Positions 32,615 to 41,084 of a DNA stretch of 64,000 nt are shown here, in pieces. The position numbers and the translations under genes are program-made. Within the stretch, counting starts at the first letter, position 1. Every line of letters begins with the position of its first letter. Source of the DNA: a virus; the IMG/VR virus record IMGVR_UViG_3300024999_001421; one strand, written 5' to 3'. The notes beneath the pieces were generated by a model. It was given only the letters and a program-made list of their open reading frames with translations, ran no database searches and was not told where the DNA came from.

Positions 32615-35600
32615 GTGATTTTATTGGCCTACGATTTATACAAAGGGCCGTATAGTAACTTTAATTCATACAGTCAAAGTAGAGATACTTCCAGGGAAGA
32701 TGCCATTAGAAGGTTGCTTAGTTTTTCGAGCAACCAACAAATAACTAACGATCCTGGCATGGCAGATGTAGATTATAGCACTACAATGCCTCCTGTACCG
32801 GAAATGAAAGTACCTATGCCACCTAAAAGAAGTCTATATGAATCTCTGGATAATAAATTTGGCGGGGTGTTGCCGGGAGGTACTATATTTAAGCCAGGAG
32901 ATTACGGAATAAGCGAAAAGTTTGCGGAAAATAACCCAACTATTAGTCGGGGATTAGCGACGATTGCTAGTCCTTTCAAGGCTATCATGGATAATCCATT
33001 TATGAATCGTTCAAGTCAAACTGCTGGGGAAATCGTTACATTAACCGACAGGCCAGAAAAGACTTCTACCGGTAATGATAACAGGGACATGATTGCCGAT
33101 TTAGTTGGTGGACTTGTTGGTTTTGGTGCTAATCCTGAGAGCGCAGGGGCAAAACTATTTGGACTTAGCGAAAAAGCTATAGCTAAAGGATTGCAGTATA
33201 TCCCCAAAGCTGAAAATTTGCCTAAAATATTGCAAACAGGTGCTAAGATTGGCGGGGCGACAGTCCCGTATGAAGCAACCGTAGCGGCACTGAACGACCG
33301 TGAATTTAAACCGGGAGAAGCGGCAGAGGCAGGCTTGTCTAATGCTGCCCTGGCTATGCTATTACATGGTGCAGGGAGTGCCTTAAGCAAACGCAATACA
33401 CCGCCCAAAACTACTGATTTTAAGATGCCTGAGTATAAAGAACCGGATATGTCAGATTTTACGCCGGAGGAACTGGCTAATTTCAGGAGTAAGTCAAGTC
33501 TTGGGGAGATGATAACTCCTGAGACAGTCACCACTAAAGAGGTAGCGGCGGCGCAGAGAACGCTTAGAAATACGCTGAATGTCGAAAAGGCCAATCAGAT
33601 ACTAAACGAATTCCCGGAACTTGAAAGCGAGTTTCCGCACTTTAGACTACAGCAAGGCGATACAGTTATTCTGCCAAATGGAAAAGAAGCAATAGTTAAA
33701 ACAGCGGACAAGATGATTATTCAAGTTGATGTTGATGGAAAGACGGTTAGTATTGGTCGTAAAGTCGTTAAGGTTCCGGAGGTTAAGACAGAAGTTCCGG
33801 AGGTTGTGAGTGAGGCAATGCCGGAAGTGCCGGAGACTACGACTCCTGAGATTAAACAGCAACCCGTTATTAGCGATGTTCCGCGACTAAATAACAGAAG
33901 TGGTGCCGAGACTTTTGCTGACGAAAATATACCTGATGTATCAGTCAAGCAGGAACCAATTGTCGCGCAGGAAATATTGCCGCAATTAACAGGCGAACCT
34001 GTTAAATTAACAGCAGAACAGCAACAGTCGATAGATAAGTTAGTCAAGGATTCTGGATTCAATTCCCTCGAGGATGCTCGAAAGGCAATAACATCATATA
34101 GAAATATGGTTAATGACGGACAGGTATTTTATCGTGGGGAAATGGTTCCAGAGGGAGCAAAAGGTAAGAAAAATAATATTATCCGTCAAAAAAGCATAGA
34201 AGATGTTCTTAATTGGACTCCTGATAATCTAATCAAGAAGCATGAAGCAAACATAGCAAGACAAGAAAATATAAAGGAAAAGGCACAGGAAATTCTTGAT
34301 ACTACTGATCCGCTTAAGGATTACGGTAAACGCGACAATGCTAAAATGGAAATAGAGAATTCTAACTATTGGATTGGTAATTATCAAAAGGAGATTGATA
34401 AACTTAGGAAGCAGATAAAAAATGACGAAGAAATAAGTAAGATAGCAGAAGAAAACAATCTCCTTTACATTACAAGTCAAAAAGAAAATGCCCTGTCTTA
34501 TGCTAAGCAACTCGAAGGTAAGTCTGAAATATTATTTGGAGAGAAGCCAGAAGGCTATAACCCAACCGTGTATGAGTTAAAAGGAAAATTTGACAATACT
34601 TTTGACTTGACTAAGTATGAGAATGGTCTAATAAGTTTAGACGAAGTAGATAACCTATTAAACGACTTAGGAATTAAGCTAGATGATAAGCAGTTTAACG
34701 AATTTATAAATAGACTTGGTATTGATGAAATGGAACAGAATAGCGGTCAAGTATTTGGTCTATTCCGTGGTGAAAACCTTCCTATCATGCTTAATGCGCT
34801 TAAAAAAGGTAAATACGATTCGGTTCATTATGCGGAAGGATTGCAAGATAACTGGATCGTCTTAGATAGAAATAAGGTTGCTATTAAGGATGATTTAGAT
34901 AAGGCAAGTAAACTTGATTCTGTAACGCAAGACAAGATACTTAGATTTAAGTCTGGGCAGGACAAACCAGCACCTCCCGAAGTATTAAAGGACTATCCTG
35001 AGTTATCCGCAGAAGTAGGAAGTAAGTCTACATCGGAAACTAAAGTCATGGCAGAGGATATCGGACTAAAACCGGAAAAAGCGGAAACTTATGACGAAGG
35101 GACGATTGGGGCGGCAAGGTTAACCGTACCGGAAAAGCAATCAACTCTCCCCGGTACTGACGAAAAAGTCAGGTCGTTTAATGTTTCCGTTGCTAATTCT
35201 GAAATAGCTTCTCCGGACGTTAAAATAGCCAATATTATGGAAATGTATCCAGGAGGACTAGGGGCATATAGCCCCATAAAACTACGTGAGGTAGACGTTG
35301 AAGCACAAAATTTAATTTCCCAGAACATAGAAAAGGCTACTCGCTTTGTTCTTGAAGGAGAAGAACCTTCTGCACTTAAAACAGCAACAGGTATTCGTTT
35401 AATTGAAAAATACCAAAACGCCGGTAATTACGAGAGGGCCATAGATGTTTCGCTAGCTATGGCAGAGAGACTAACGAAAGTTGGTCAAGAAATTAGTGCC
35501 GCTAGAATTATGGGGGCACTAAAACCTGATGGTATTTTAGTTTTTGCACAACGACAAATAAATAAACTTAACAGCGGTAAAAAATTCGGTAAGGACATTG

Positions 35601-37591
35601 AATTAACTCCCGAAATGGCTAAAATACTAAAGGAACTTGCCAATAGACTTAAAAATGCAACCGATGAAAATGCCAGATTGGAGGCAGGTCAAGAATTACA
35701 GGGAGCACTGAATTCTCTAAAACCTTCTGGGATACTTAGAAAAATAGATTCGGCGCAAACCATTTCGATGTTATTAAATCCTAAAACTTTAATTAGGAAC
35801 ACAGTTGGCAATGAAATGTTTTATCGCCTAGAAAGGTTAAATAAAATAGTTGCTACACCTATTGACTGGACAGTTAGTAAACTGACCGGAGCAGACCGCC
35901 AGGTAACATTTAGAACGGCTGGGCAAGGTGGTTACTGGCAGGGATTTTTCAAGGGCGCAAAAGCTGGTTGGAAAGGTGTTAACCCAGAAGGTATACAGAC
36001 ACAATACGACTTGGGTCGATCACCGGCATTTAATATTAATCCCGAAAGAGCTAAAAACGCAAATACGACAACTGGGAAAGTTGTTGGTGGCACATTTGAT
36101 TTTGCTGAAAAAACTATGGCTTATCTTGAAAGAACTCTAGGTGCAGCCTTGAAAGGTTTTGATTTTGCGGCATATACCAGGGCAAAAAATAACACTATTG
36201 GAGAACTAGCTACCTTAAAGGCTATAAATACTACTGGAAAAGCTGATAAGACTATAGTACAGGGGTTTATGAAAGATATTGAGGATAATGTCCTGAATAT
36301 TGCTGACCAATATGGAAAATATGTTACATTTCAAGATAACAATGTTATTTCTCGTGGACTACAAGGAGTAAAGGATGCCTTAAACATAAATCAGGATTGG
36401 GGTGTAGGGAGTGTTATTCTTAAATTCCCACGCACACCGGGGGCTTTAATAGCAAGAGGATTAGAATACTCGCCTGCTGGCTTTCTAAAGTCTGCCTACG
36501 AACTAGCAAAAGTAACAGGTATATTTAAGGGCAATCCTAGTCAAAGAGAAACAACACTTGCGTTATCAAGGGCCATAACTGGCACAGCAGGATTAACTGG
36601 ATTAGGTTATTTTCTTGCCGATCAAGGAATTATAACAGGTTCAATAGAAAAAGATAAAGACCTAAGAGATTTACAGCGACAGACAGGGCAAGGACAATAT
36701 CGTATAAATCTAAGCGCATTATCTAGGTGGGTGCAAAGCGGTTTTAATAAAGATACTGCGCAACCTATTGCTGGTGATAAAATAATTAACTATGATTGGG
36801 CGCAGCCAATTGCAATGGCACTAAGCATAGGCGCAAATATCAGCAAAAACCTTAATGATGGACAAGGCAAACTAGATAATATATCCTCAACTATTGCTGG
36901 TAGTCTTGAAGGTGCTTTAAATACAGTTGCCGAGCAACCTGTTTTGCAAGGTCTTACACGGGCAGTACAAGGATATGATATGGGAGAAAATGTAACCAAT
37001 ACAGTTAAAAATATTCCCTCTAGTTTTGCACCAACATTAGCTAATCAAGTAAGACAGTATATAGACAATACAACTCGCTCAACATATGACCCCTCATGGG
37101 TAGAGGAATCGAAAAATAAAGTTAAAGGCAAAATACCGGGAATTGCTGGCAACTTGCCTGTCGCATATGATACTTTCGGAAAACCGAAGGAAATATATCA
37201 AGATGGAGGTAATGATGCTTTCAATGTATTCTTTAATCCAGCATTTACATCGAAATACAAAGTTCCAGAAGAAGCGAAGTTGGCCATAGAAACATTTAGA
37301 AATACCGGAGAAACAAAGCAACTACCTAGAGTTGCATCTAAGTCATTTACTATTAGTGGGCAAAAAATAGAACTAACTGCCAAAGAATATAGCGATATGC
37401 AAAGGATTGTTGGAGAAAGAACACTAAAAGAATTTTCCAGAATACCGCAAAATGCTAGTGATGACAAAAAGATACGCAGGATGATCGATGCTTTAGGTAA
37501 AGCCGGACTAGAGGGCAGAAAATTTGTATTACAACAAAGGGGTATTGGCTTTAGGAATAAGGGCAATGGGATAGTGCTTAGACAACAATAA
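32615..37591 (+). CDS. Large internal virion/ejection (polyvalent-type) protein
   Basis: 1658 aa, last structural gene; central segment with an ART-like motif order. Confidence 0.65.
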   Translation: MILLAYDLYKGPYSNFNSYSQSRDTSREDAIRRLLSFSSNQQITNDPGMADVDYSTTMPPVPEMKVPMPPKRSLYESLDNKFGGVLPGGTIFKPGDYGISEKFAENNPTISRGLATIASPFKAIMDNPFMNRSSQTAGEIVTLTDRPEKTSTGNDNRDMIADLVGGLVGFGANPESAGAKLFGLSEKAIAKGLQYIPKAENLPKILQTGAKIGGATVPYEATVAALNDREFKPGEAAEAGLSNAALAMLLHGAGSALSKRNTPPKTTDFKMPEYKEPDMSDFTPEELANFRSKSSLGEMITPETVTTKEVAAAQRTLRNTLNVEKANQILNEFPELESEFPHFRLQQGDTVILPNGKEAIVKTADKMIIQVDVDGKTVSIGRKVVKVPEVKTEVPEVVSEAMPEVPETTTPEIKQQPVISDVPRLNNRSGAETFADENIPDVSVKQEPIVAQEILPQLTGEPVKLTAEQQQSIDKLVKDSGFNSLEDARKAITSYRNMVNDGQVFYRGEMVPEGAKGKKNNIIRQKSIEDVLNWTPDNLIKKHEANIARQENIKEKAQEILDTTDPLKDYGKRDNAKMEIENSNYWIGNYQKEIDKLRKQIKNDEEISKIAEENNLLYITSQKENALSYAKQLEGKSEILFGEKPEGYNPTVYELKGKFDNTFDLTKYENGLISLDEVDNLLNDLGIKLDDKQFNEFINRLGIDEMEQNSGQVFGLFRGENLPIMLNALKKGKYDSVHYAEGLQDNWIVLDRNKVAIKDDLDKASKLDSVTQDKILRFKSGQDKPAPPEVLKDYPELSAEVGSKSTSETKVMAEDIGLKPEKAETYDEGTIGAARLTVPEKQSTLPGTDEKVRSFNVSVANSEIASPDVKIANIMEMYPGGLGAYSPIKLREVDVEAQNLISQNIEKATRFVLEGEEPSALKTATGIRLIEKYQNAGNYERAIDVSLAMAERLTKVGQEISAARIMGALKPDGILVFAQRQINKLNSGKKFGKDIELTPEMAKILKELANRLKNATDENARLEAGQELQGALNSLKPSGILRKIDSAQTISMLLNPKTLIRNTVGNEMFYRLERLNKIVATPIDWTVSKLTGADRQVTFRTAGQGGYWQGFFKGAKAGWKGVNPEGIQTQYDLGRSPAFNINPERAKNANTTTGKVVGGTFDFAEKTMAYLERTLGAALKGFDFAAYTRAKNNTIGELATLKAINTTGKADKTIVQGFMKDIEDNVLNIADQYGKYVTFQDNNVISRGLQGVKDALNINQDWGVGSVILKFPRTPGALIARGLEYSPAGFLKSAYELAKVTGIFKGNPSQRETTLALSRAITGTAGLTGLGYFLADQGIITGSIEKDKDLRDLQRQTGQGQYRINLSALSRWVQSGFNKDTAQPIAGDKIINYDWAQPIAMALSIGANISKNLNDGQGKLDNISSTIAGSLEGALNTVAEQPVLQGLTRAVQGYDMGENVTNTVKNIPSSFAPTLANQVRQYIDNTTRSTYDPSWVEESKNKVKGKIPGIAGNLPVAYDTFGKPKEIYQDGGNDAFNVFFNPAFTSKYKVPEEAKLAIETFRNTGETKQLPRVASKSFTISGQKIELTAKEYSDMQRIVGERTLKEFSRIPQNASDDKKIRRMIDALGKAGLEGRKFVLQQRGIGFRNKGNGIVLRQQ

Positions 37592-37616
37592 GACCGACTT
37601 AATTAAGTCGGTCTTT
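37590..37616. terminator. Bidirectional terminator
   Basis: AAGACCGACTTAATTAAGTCGGTCTT palindrome between convergent genes. Confidence 0.75.
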
Positions 37617-37958
37617 CTCTGTGGCGTTTACTAATGTATCTACTGCGATATAGCCAATTATTAATTTAATCCCATTATACAACATTATTATTAATGTATT
37701 TCTAATAGTATCCGCTTCTGACAGCCAGTAACTACCCAGAAAAATAAGTAGAAAAGCTCTACTGTATCTAAAAGTGAGTGTGTTGTTGGTTAGAAAGTTT
37801 TTTAGTCTCTTAGTTAAAGCATTGTCTGGGAACTTAGTATGCATTAGAATAGTAAGAGTAAAAAGTACGGCAAGCACCCATATAGGTATATATAGTACCA
37901 ATAGAGAGTATAAGAAAGTAATTATAGTTATCACCCCTTTTAAAACTATATTCAACAT
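37599..37958 (-). CDS. Small membrane protein (start uncertain)
   Basis: Several hydrophobic segments. Confidence 0.5.
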   Translation of the reverse strand: MLNIVLKGVITIITFLYSLLVLYIPIWVLAVLFTLTILMHTKFPDNALTKRLKNFLTNNTLTFRYSRAFLLIFLGSYWLSEADTIRNTLIIMLYNGIKLIIGYIAVDTLVNATEKDRLN

Positions 37959-37978
37959 GGTGGATTAGTTTCCTTCTT

Positions 37979-38182
37979 TTATTTACCGTCGACATATTCA
38001 AATAGATCTCCCGGTTGACATCTAAGTGTAGCACAAAGACGATCTATAACTTCCAATGAAACATATTCGTTGGTATTTAGTTTTGCCATAGTGCCTCCAG
38101 ATATTTTGGCTTGTTTCATTAAATCTTGTTTTTTTATATTTTTATCAATCAACATTTTTTGGAATAGTTTATAGCTAATCAA
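37979..38182 (-). CDS. Cro/C1-type HTH regulator (HTH_26/YozG-like)
   Basis: ISYKLF...VSLEVIDRLCATLRCQPGDLFEY. Confidence 0.85.
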   Translation of the reverse strand: MISYKLFQKMLIDKNIKKQDLMKQAKISGGTMAKLNTNEYVSLEVIDRLCATLRCQPGDLFEYVDGK

Positions 38183-38264
38183 ATTAATTTACCTCCTGTT
38201 TACTATATCTTAAATATATATATTATTATATCAAAAAATATTCGACAAATCAAAGATAATTATA

Positions 38265-38292
38265 TTGACTTATATTTATGATATGTTATAAT
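38265..38292 (+). promoter_or_regulatory. Sigma-A promoter for the RAMP-HNH operon
   Basis: TTGACT-16 bp-TATAAT with extended TGn. Confidence 0.7.
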
Positions 38293-38351
38293 AATATTTA
38301 AGAAGTTGTAAATAATTACATACCAATAAGGTGTCTTAGGAGGAATACGGC

Positions 38352-38984
38352 ATGGGCAAAAACATTCTAACGGCAACAATCGAAATAAAAGGAATTAGAC
38401 CTCTGTTGTGGCATGTATTTGGTCCTGATTCTTTGCCACTTGAAAAACAAGAGAGGACAGGAGTTGCCGGACACGATCCGGAGGAATGGCGCAAAACATA
38501 TGTAGCAACCAAGAGTGGACAGTTATATTTACCTGGTTCTTATTTCTTCGGAACATACATTGCAGGCGCTAAGTTCATTAAGAAGGGCAAAGGCTCAATT
38601 CAAAGTTTGGTATCAGCAACATTGCAGGTACTTGATGATAAGGTATTGGTTAATCGTAATTTACCGGAAGATATTCACGAAAAACCGCATAAGTATTATA
38701 ATGCTGACGAAGAATTGGTTTATATTGACGTTCGCTCAGTACGTAATCCGTCAACCAAGTCTAGAAACATTCGTTATCGCGTTGCTACTTGCCCCGGATG
38801 GGAGTGTAAATTTTCAATAATGTTCGATAAAACGGTTGTTAGTCGCCAAGAGATGCACTCTGCTATTATTGATGCAGGTAAATTGTCCGGCATTGGCGAT
38901 GGTCGTTCTGTTGGATATGGAAGATTTGATGTATTATCTTTTGAAATACAGGAGGAAGATAATGCCGAGGAAAAGACCTCCTAA
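38352..38984 (+). CDS. Stand-alone Cas7/RAMP-like RNA-binding protein (Vipr-like)
   Basis: First strand IEIKGIRPLLWH, GQLYLPGS (cf. RAMP IPGSS), C-terminal Gly loop AGKLSGIGDGRSVGYGRF. Confidence 0.75.
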   Translation: MGKNILTATIEIKGIRPLLWHVFGPDSLPLEKQERTGVAGHDPEEWRKTYVATKSGQLYLPGSYFFGTYIAGAKFIKKGKGSIQSLVSATLQVLDDKVLVNRNLPEDIHEKPHKYYNADEELVYIDVRSVRNPSTKSRNIRYRVATCPGWECKFSIMFDKTVVSRQEMHSAIIDAGKLSGIGDGRSVGYGRFDVLSFEIQEEDNAEEKTS

Positions 38985-39252
38985 AGAAATATGGCAAAAA
39001 CTAAGAACAATAGTCTGGGAACGAGATAAGGGTAAATGTAAGCACTGTGGCAAACTAGTTGACTTAGATAAATGTCACATAGATCATATTCGTTCTGGTA
39101 AGTTAGGAACAAATAAGTTAAGCAATCTTAGAACTCTATGTCGTTGCTGTCATGTTTTGCGTGAGGATGGGCGACATAGAGGGATGATTAGCAAGGCACT
39201 TAAAGATGGTATTATTCCTCCGAATTGGCGTGAGTTGGTTTGGGGTGATTAA
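38962..39252 (+). CDS. HNH endonuclease (96 aa) overlapping the RAMP-like gene
   Basis: GGAGGA RBS at 38951; RDKGKCKHCG..HIDHI..GTNKLSNLRTLCRCCH. Confidence 0.85.
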   Translation: MPRKRPPKEIWQKLRTIVWERDKGKCKHCGKLVDLDKCHIDHIRSGKLGTNKLSNLRTLCRCCHVLREDGRHRGMISKALKDGIIPPNWRELVWGD

Positions 39253-39271
39253 TATACTGTATAATTAATCA

Positions 39272-39366
39272 GGTCGGGAACGAAGCGGAATGGTGAGTTG
39301 CGGTCCGGAGTGGTACGGAGAGCTGAGGCATGGCACGTTAAGGTGCGCAATGAAATGGTAAGGATT
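39272..39366 (+). ncRNA. Pentamer-period array 1 (19 x G[G]H-NN), candidate guide RNA
   Basis: 19/19 units start with G, 13/19 with GG, third base never G; TATAAT at 39260-39265 just upstream. Confidence 0.8.
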
Positions 39367-39370
39367 CGAA

Positions 39371-39410
39371 ACTACCCTTCGGGGTAGTCCTACAGGTTAG
39401 CCTCCTGTAG
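39371..39410 (+). other. Two hairpins between the arrays (candidate processing/handle)
   Basis: ACTACCC-TTCG-GGGTAGT (UUCG loop) and CTACAGG..CCTGTAG. Confidence 0.7.
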
Positions 39411-39430
39411 TTGACAAGATGGGCTAACAT

Positions 39431-39515
39431 GGAAAGGTCTGGACTGGAACGGAACGTAGGGGCATGGAAAGTTCCGGAGTGGTTTGGTTCGGATTGGCTA
39501 GTTAAGGCAAGGGTA
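39431..39515 (+). ncRNA. Pentamer-period array 2 (17 x G[G]H-NN), candidate guide RNA
   Basis: 17/17 units start with G, 14/17 with GG; third base is G only in the last unit. Confidence 0.8.
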
Positions 39516-39517
39516 AT

Positions 39518-39557
39518 AAGAGAAATAACCACTTCATATGAAGTGGTTATTTCTCTT
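39518..39557. terminator. Perfect 40-bp palindrome, probable bidirectional terminator closing the arrays
   Basis: AAGAGAAATAACCACTTCATATGAAGTGGTTATTTCTCTT. Confidence 0.75.
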
Positions 39558-39756
39558 CCGGCACATATTCAAATAAATCTCCTGGCTGACATTTGAGGAC
39601 TTGACACAACTTGCTGATCTGCTCTATCTCTATTCTCCTAGAAGTACCGTGCCATAACTGACTTACTGTATTTGGCCTAATTCCTGTCATAATGGATAAT
39701 TGTTTCATTGTTATTTTTCTTTTACCCATCATATCTGATACTTTTATTATCATCAT
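39547..39756 (-). CDS. Cro/C1-type HTH regulator (HTH_26/YozG-like)
   Basis: LSIMTGIRPNTVSQL...KLCQVLKCQPGDLFEY. Confidence 0.85.
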   Translation of the reverse strand: MMIIKVSDMMGKRKITMKQLSIMTGIRPNTVSQLWHGTSRRIEIEQISKLCQVLKCQPGDLFEYVPEEK

Positions 39757-40205
39757 TGCATTTTACACCTCCTACCGCATACAGTATAACACTAAGAGTT
39801 ATCGAATTGCAATATTAAATTTCAAAATAACTCCTAAAGCTATTGACATGAAATTTATAAAGATATATAATAACCTTAGAGGTTAAAGCATATATATAGA
39901 AGTTAAATACGGGGAGGTAGAAAGATGGAAAAAAGTTTCAAGGACAGTTTTGCGGAGTTATGCGCTGACCGGGCGAGTGATGCAATCGTATCGGCGCGAC
40001 AGAAGGATACTGAGTATGTCGAGGTGATGGACAAGCTAAAAATTGCAAGTAATCGGGTTAGTCAATTATTGAGTCCAGATAATCGGGGATTACTTACACA
40101 ATTACTTGATGCTTATTCCTACAGGCAGATTTGCGAAACTCGTTTAGCATATGAGCAGGGCATGAGGGATGGGTTGCGCTTGAATAAGATAGTGGGAGGT
40201 ATGGC

Positions 40206-41084
40206 ATGAACAATCAACTTATTCCGGTAGAGCAGAAACTTGTTAACTTTAATGGTGCTGAGATTATGGCGGTTAAGGCCAGTGACGATAAAGTTTACGT
40301 GGGAGTTAGTTGGGTGTGTGATGGTTTAGGCCTTAAAGAAAACCAAACCAAAGCACAGAGAGACAAAATTAATAGCGATATTGTACTTTCTAAAGGGGGG
40401 CGTAAAATCTCCACCCTTACTGCCGGGGGAAATCAAGATATTTTAGTTCTAGAGTTAGACTTTCTCCCGATATGGTTGGCTAAAATTAATGCCAATATCA
40501 TTGAGAGCGAAGAAGTGCAGAACAGACTTGTCGAATACCAATTAAAGGCGAAGGACGTTTTAGCAGAAGCATTTTTACATAAATCGAAGTCGCTTCGCCG
40601 CCGGATGCCGACATGGGATCGTGAAGCAATGGCAGAAATAAGATTCGCTAAAGAATTTGCCAAGGCAATAGGTATTAGACCGGAACGTGCGGTTGCAGTT
40701 GCCATTGCCAGAACTGAGAAGGAAACAGGCAGACAGCTAACCGACTACCGCAAACTTTTACCTGCTGTCAGCGAAGAAGATGCCGAGATTTTAACCGCTA
40801 GTCAAATAGGTGAGCAGTTAGACATGAAATCCAGCGCAGTTAATTTACTACTAGAGGAAATGGGTTTTCAATACGGCATAAGAGAAGCAGGTAAGAAACC
40901 TGGGACTGAAAGATTGGTAAAGCGAAACCCATGGAAATTGACCGAAAAGGGCAAAGAATACGGAATGATGCAGGATGCCGCTAATAATAAGTGGGAAGGA
41001 TTTCAGATACTTTGGAAACCAAAGGTCCTTAATGCGATCAATGACTTTCTTAACAGTAAGTCTGGTGCCGGTCAGGAGGTTTGA
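40206..41084 (+). CDS. Phage antirepressor (P22_AR N-terminal-like domain)
   Basis: VNFNGAEIMAV..VYVGVSWVCDGLGL..LPIWLAKIN..YQLKAKDVLAEAF. Confidence 0.8.
   Translation: MNNQLIPVEQKLVNFNGAEIMAVKASDDKVYVGVSWVCDGLGLKENQTKAQRDKINSDIVLSKGGRKISTLTAGGNQDILVLELDFLPIWLAKINANIIESEEVQNRLVEYQLKAKDVLAEAFLHKSKSLRRRMPTWDREAMAEIRFAKEFAKAIGIRPERAVAVAIARTEKETGRQLTDYRKLLPAVSEEDAEILTASQIGEQLDMKSSAVNLLLEEMGFQYGIREAGKKPGTERLVKRNPWKLTEKGKEYGMMQDAANNKWEGFQILWKPKVLNAINDFLNSKSGAGQEV

Noticed and set aside
31657-32632. Shared MILLAY N-terminus as a targeting signal
   Set aside because: Better explained by an AGGTGA RBS with a downstream TTG start in both genes
39272-39515. Canonical CRISPR array or simple microsatellite
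   Set aside because: No 25-45-bp repeats with spacers; only 1-3 positions per pentamer are conserved, unlike slippage repeats
39338-39596. Track ORFs 39338-39532 (-) and 39411-39596 (+)
   Set aside because: No clear RBS; they cross hairpins or the terminator; a 5-nt period is better explained as non-coding
39640-39710. Array 2 targeting the neighbouring HTH gene (TGI.P-like reading)
   Set aside because: Only about 4 dinucleotides match in register, which is chance level
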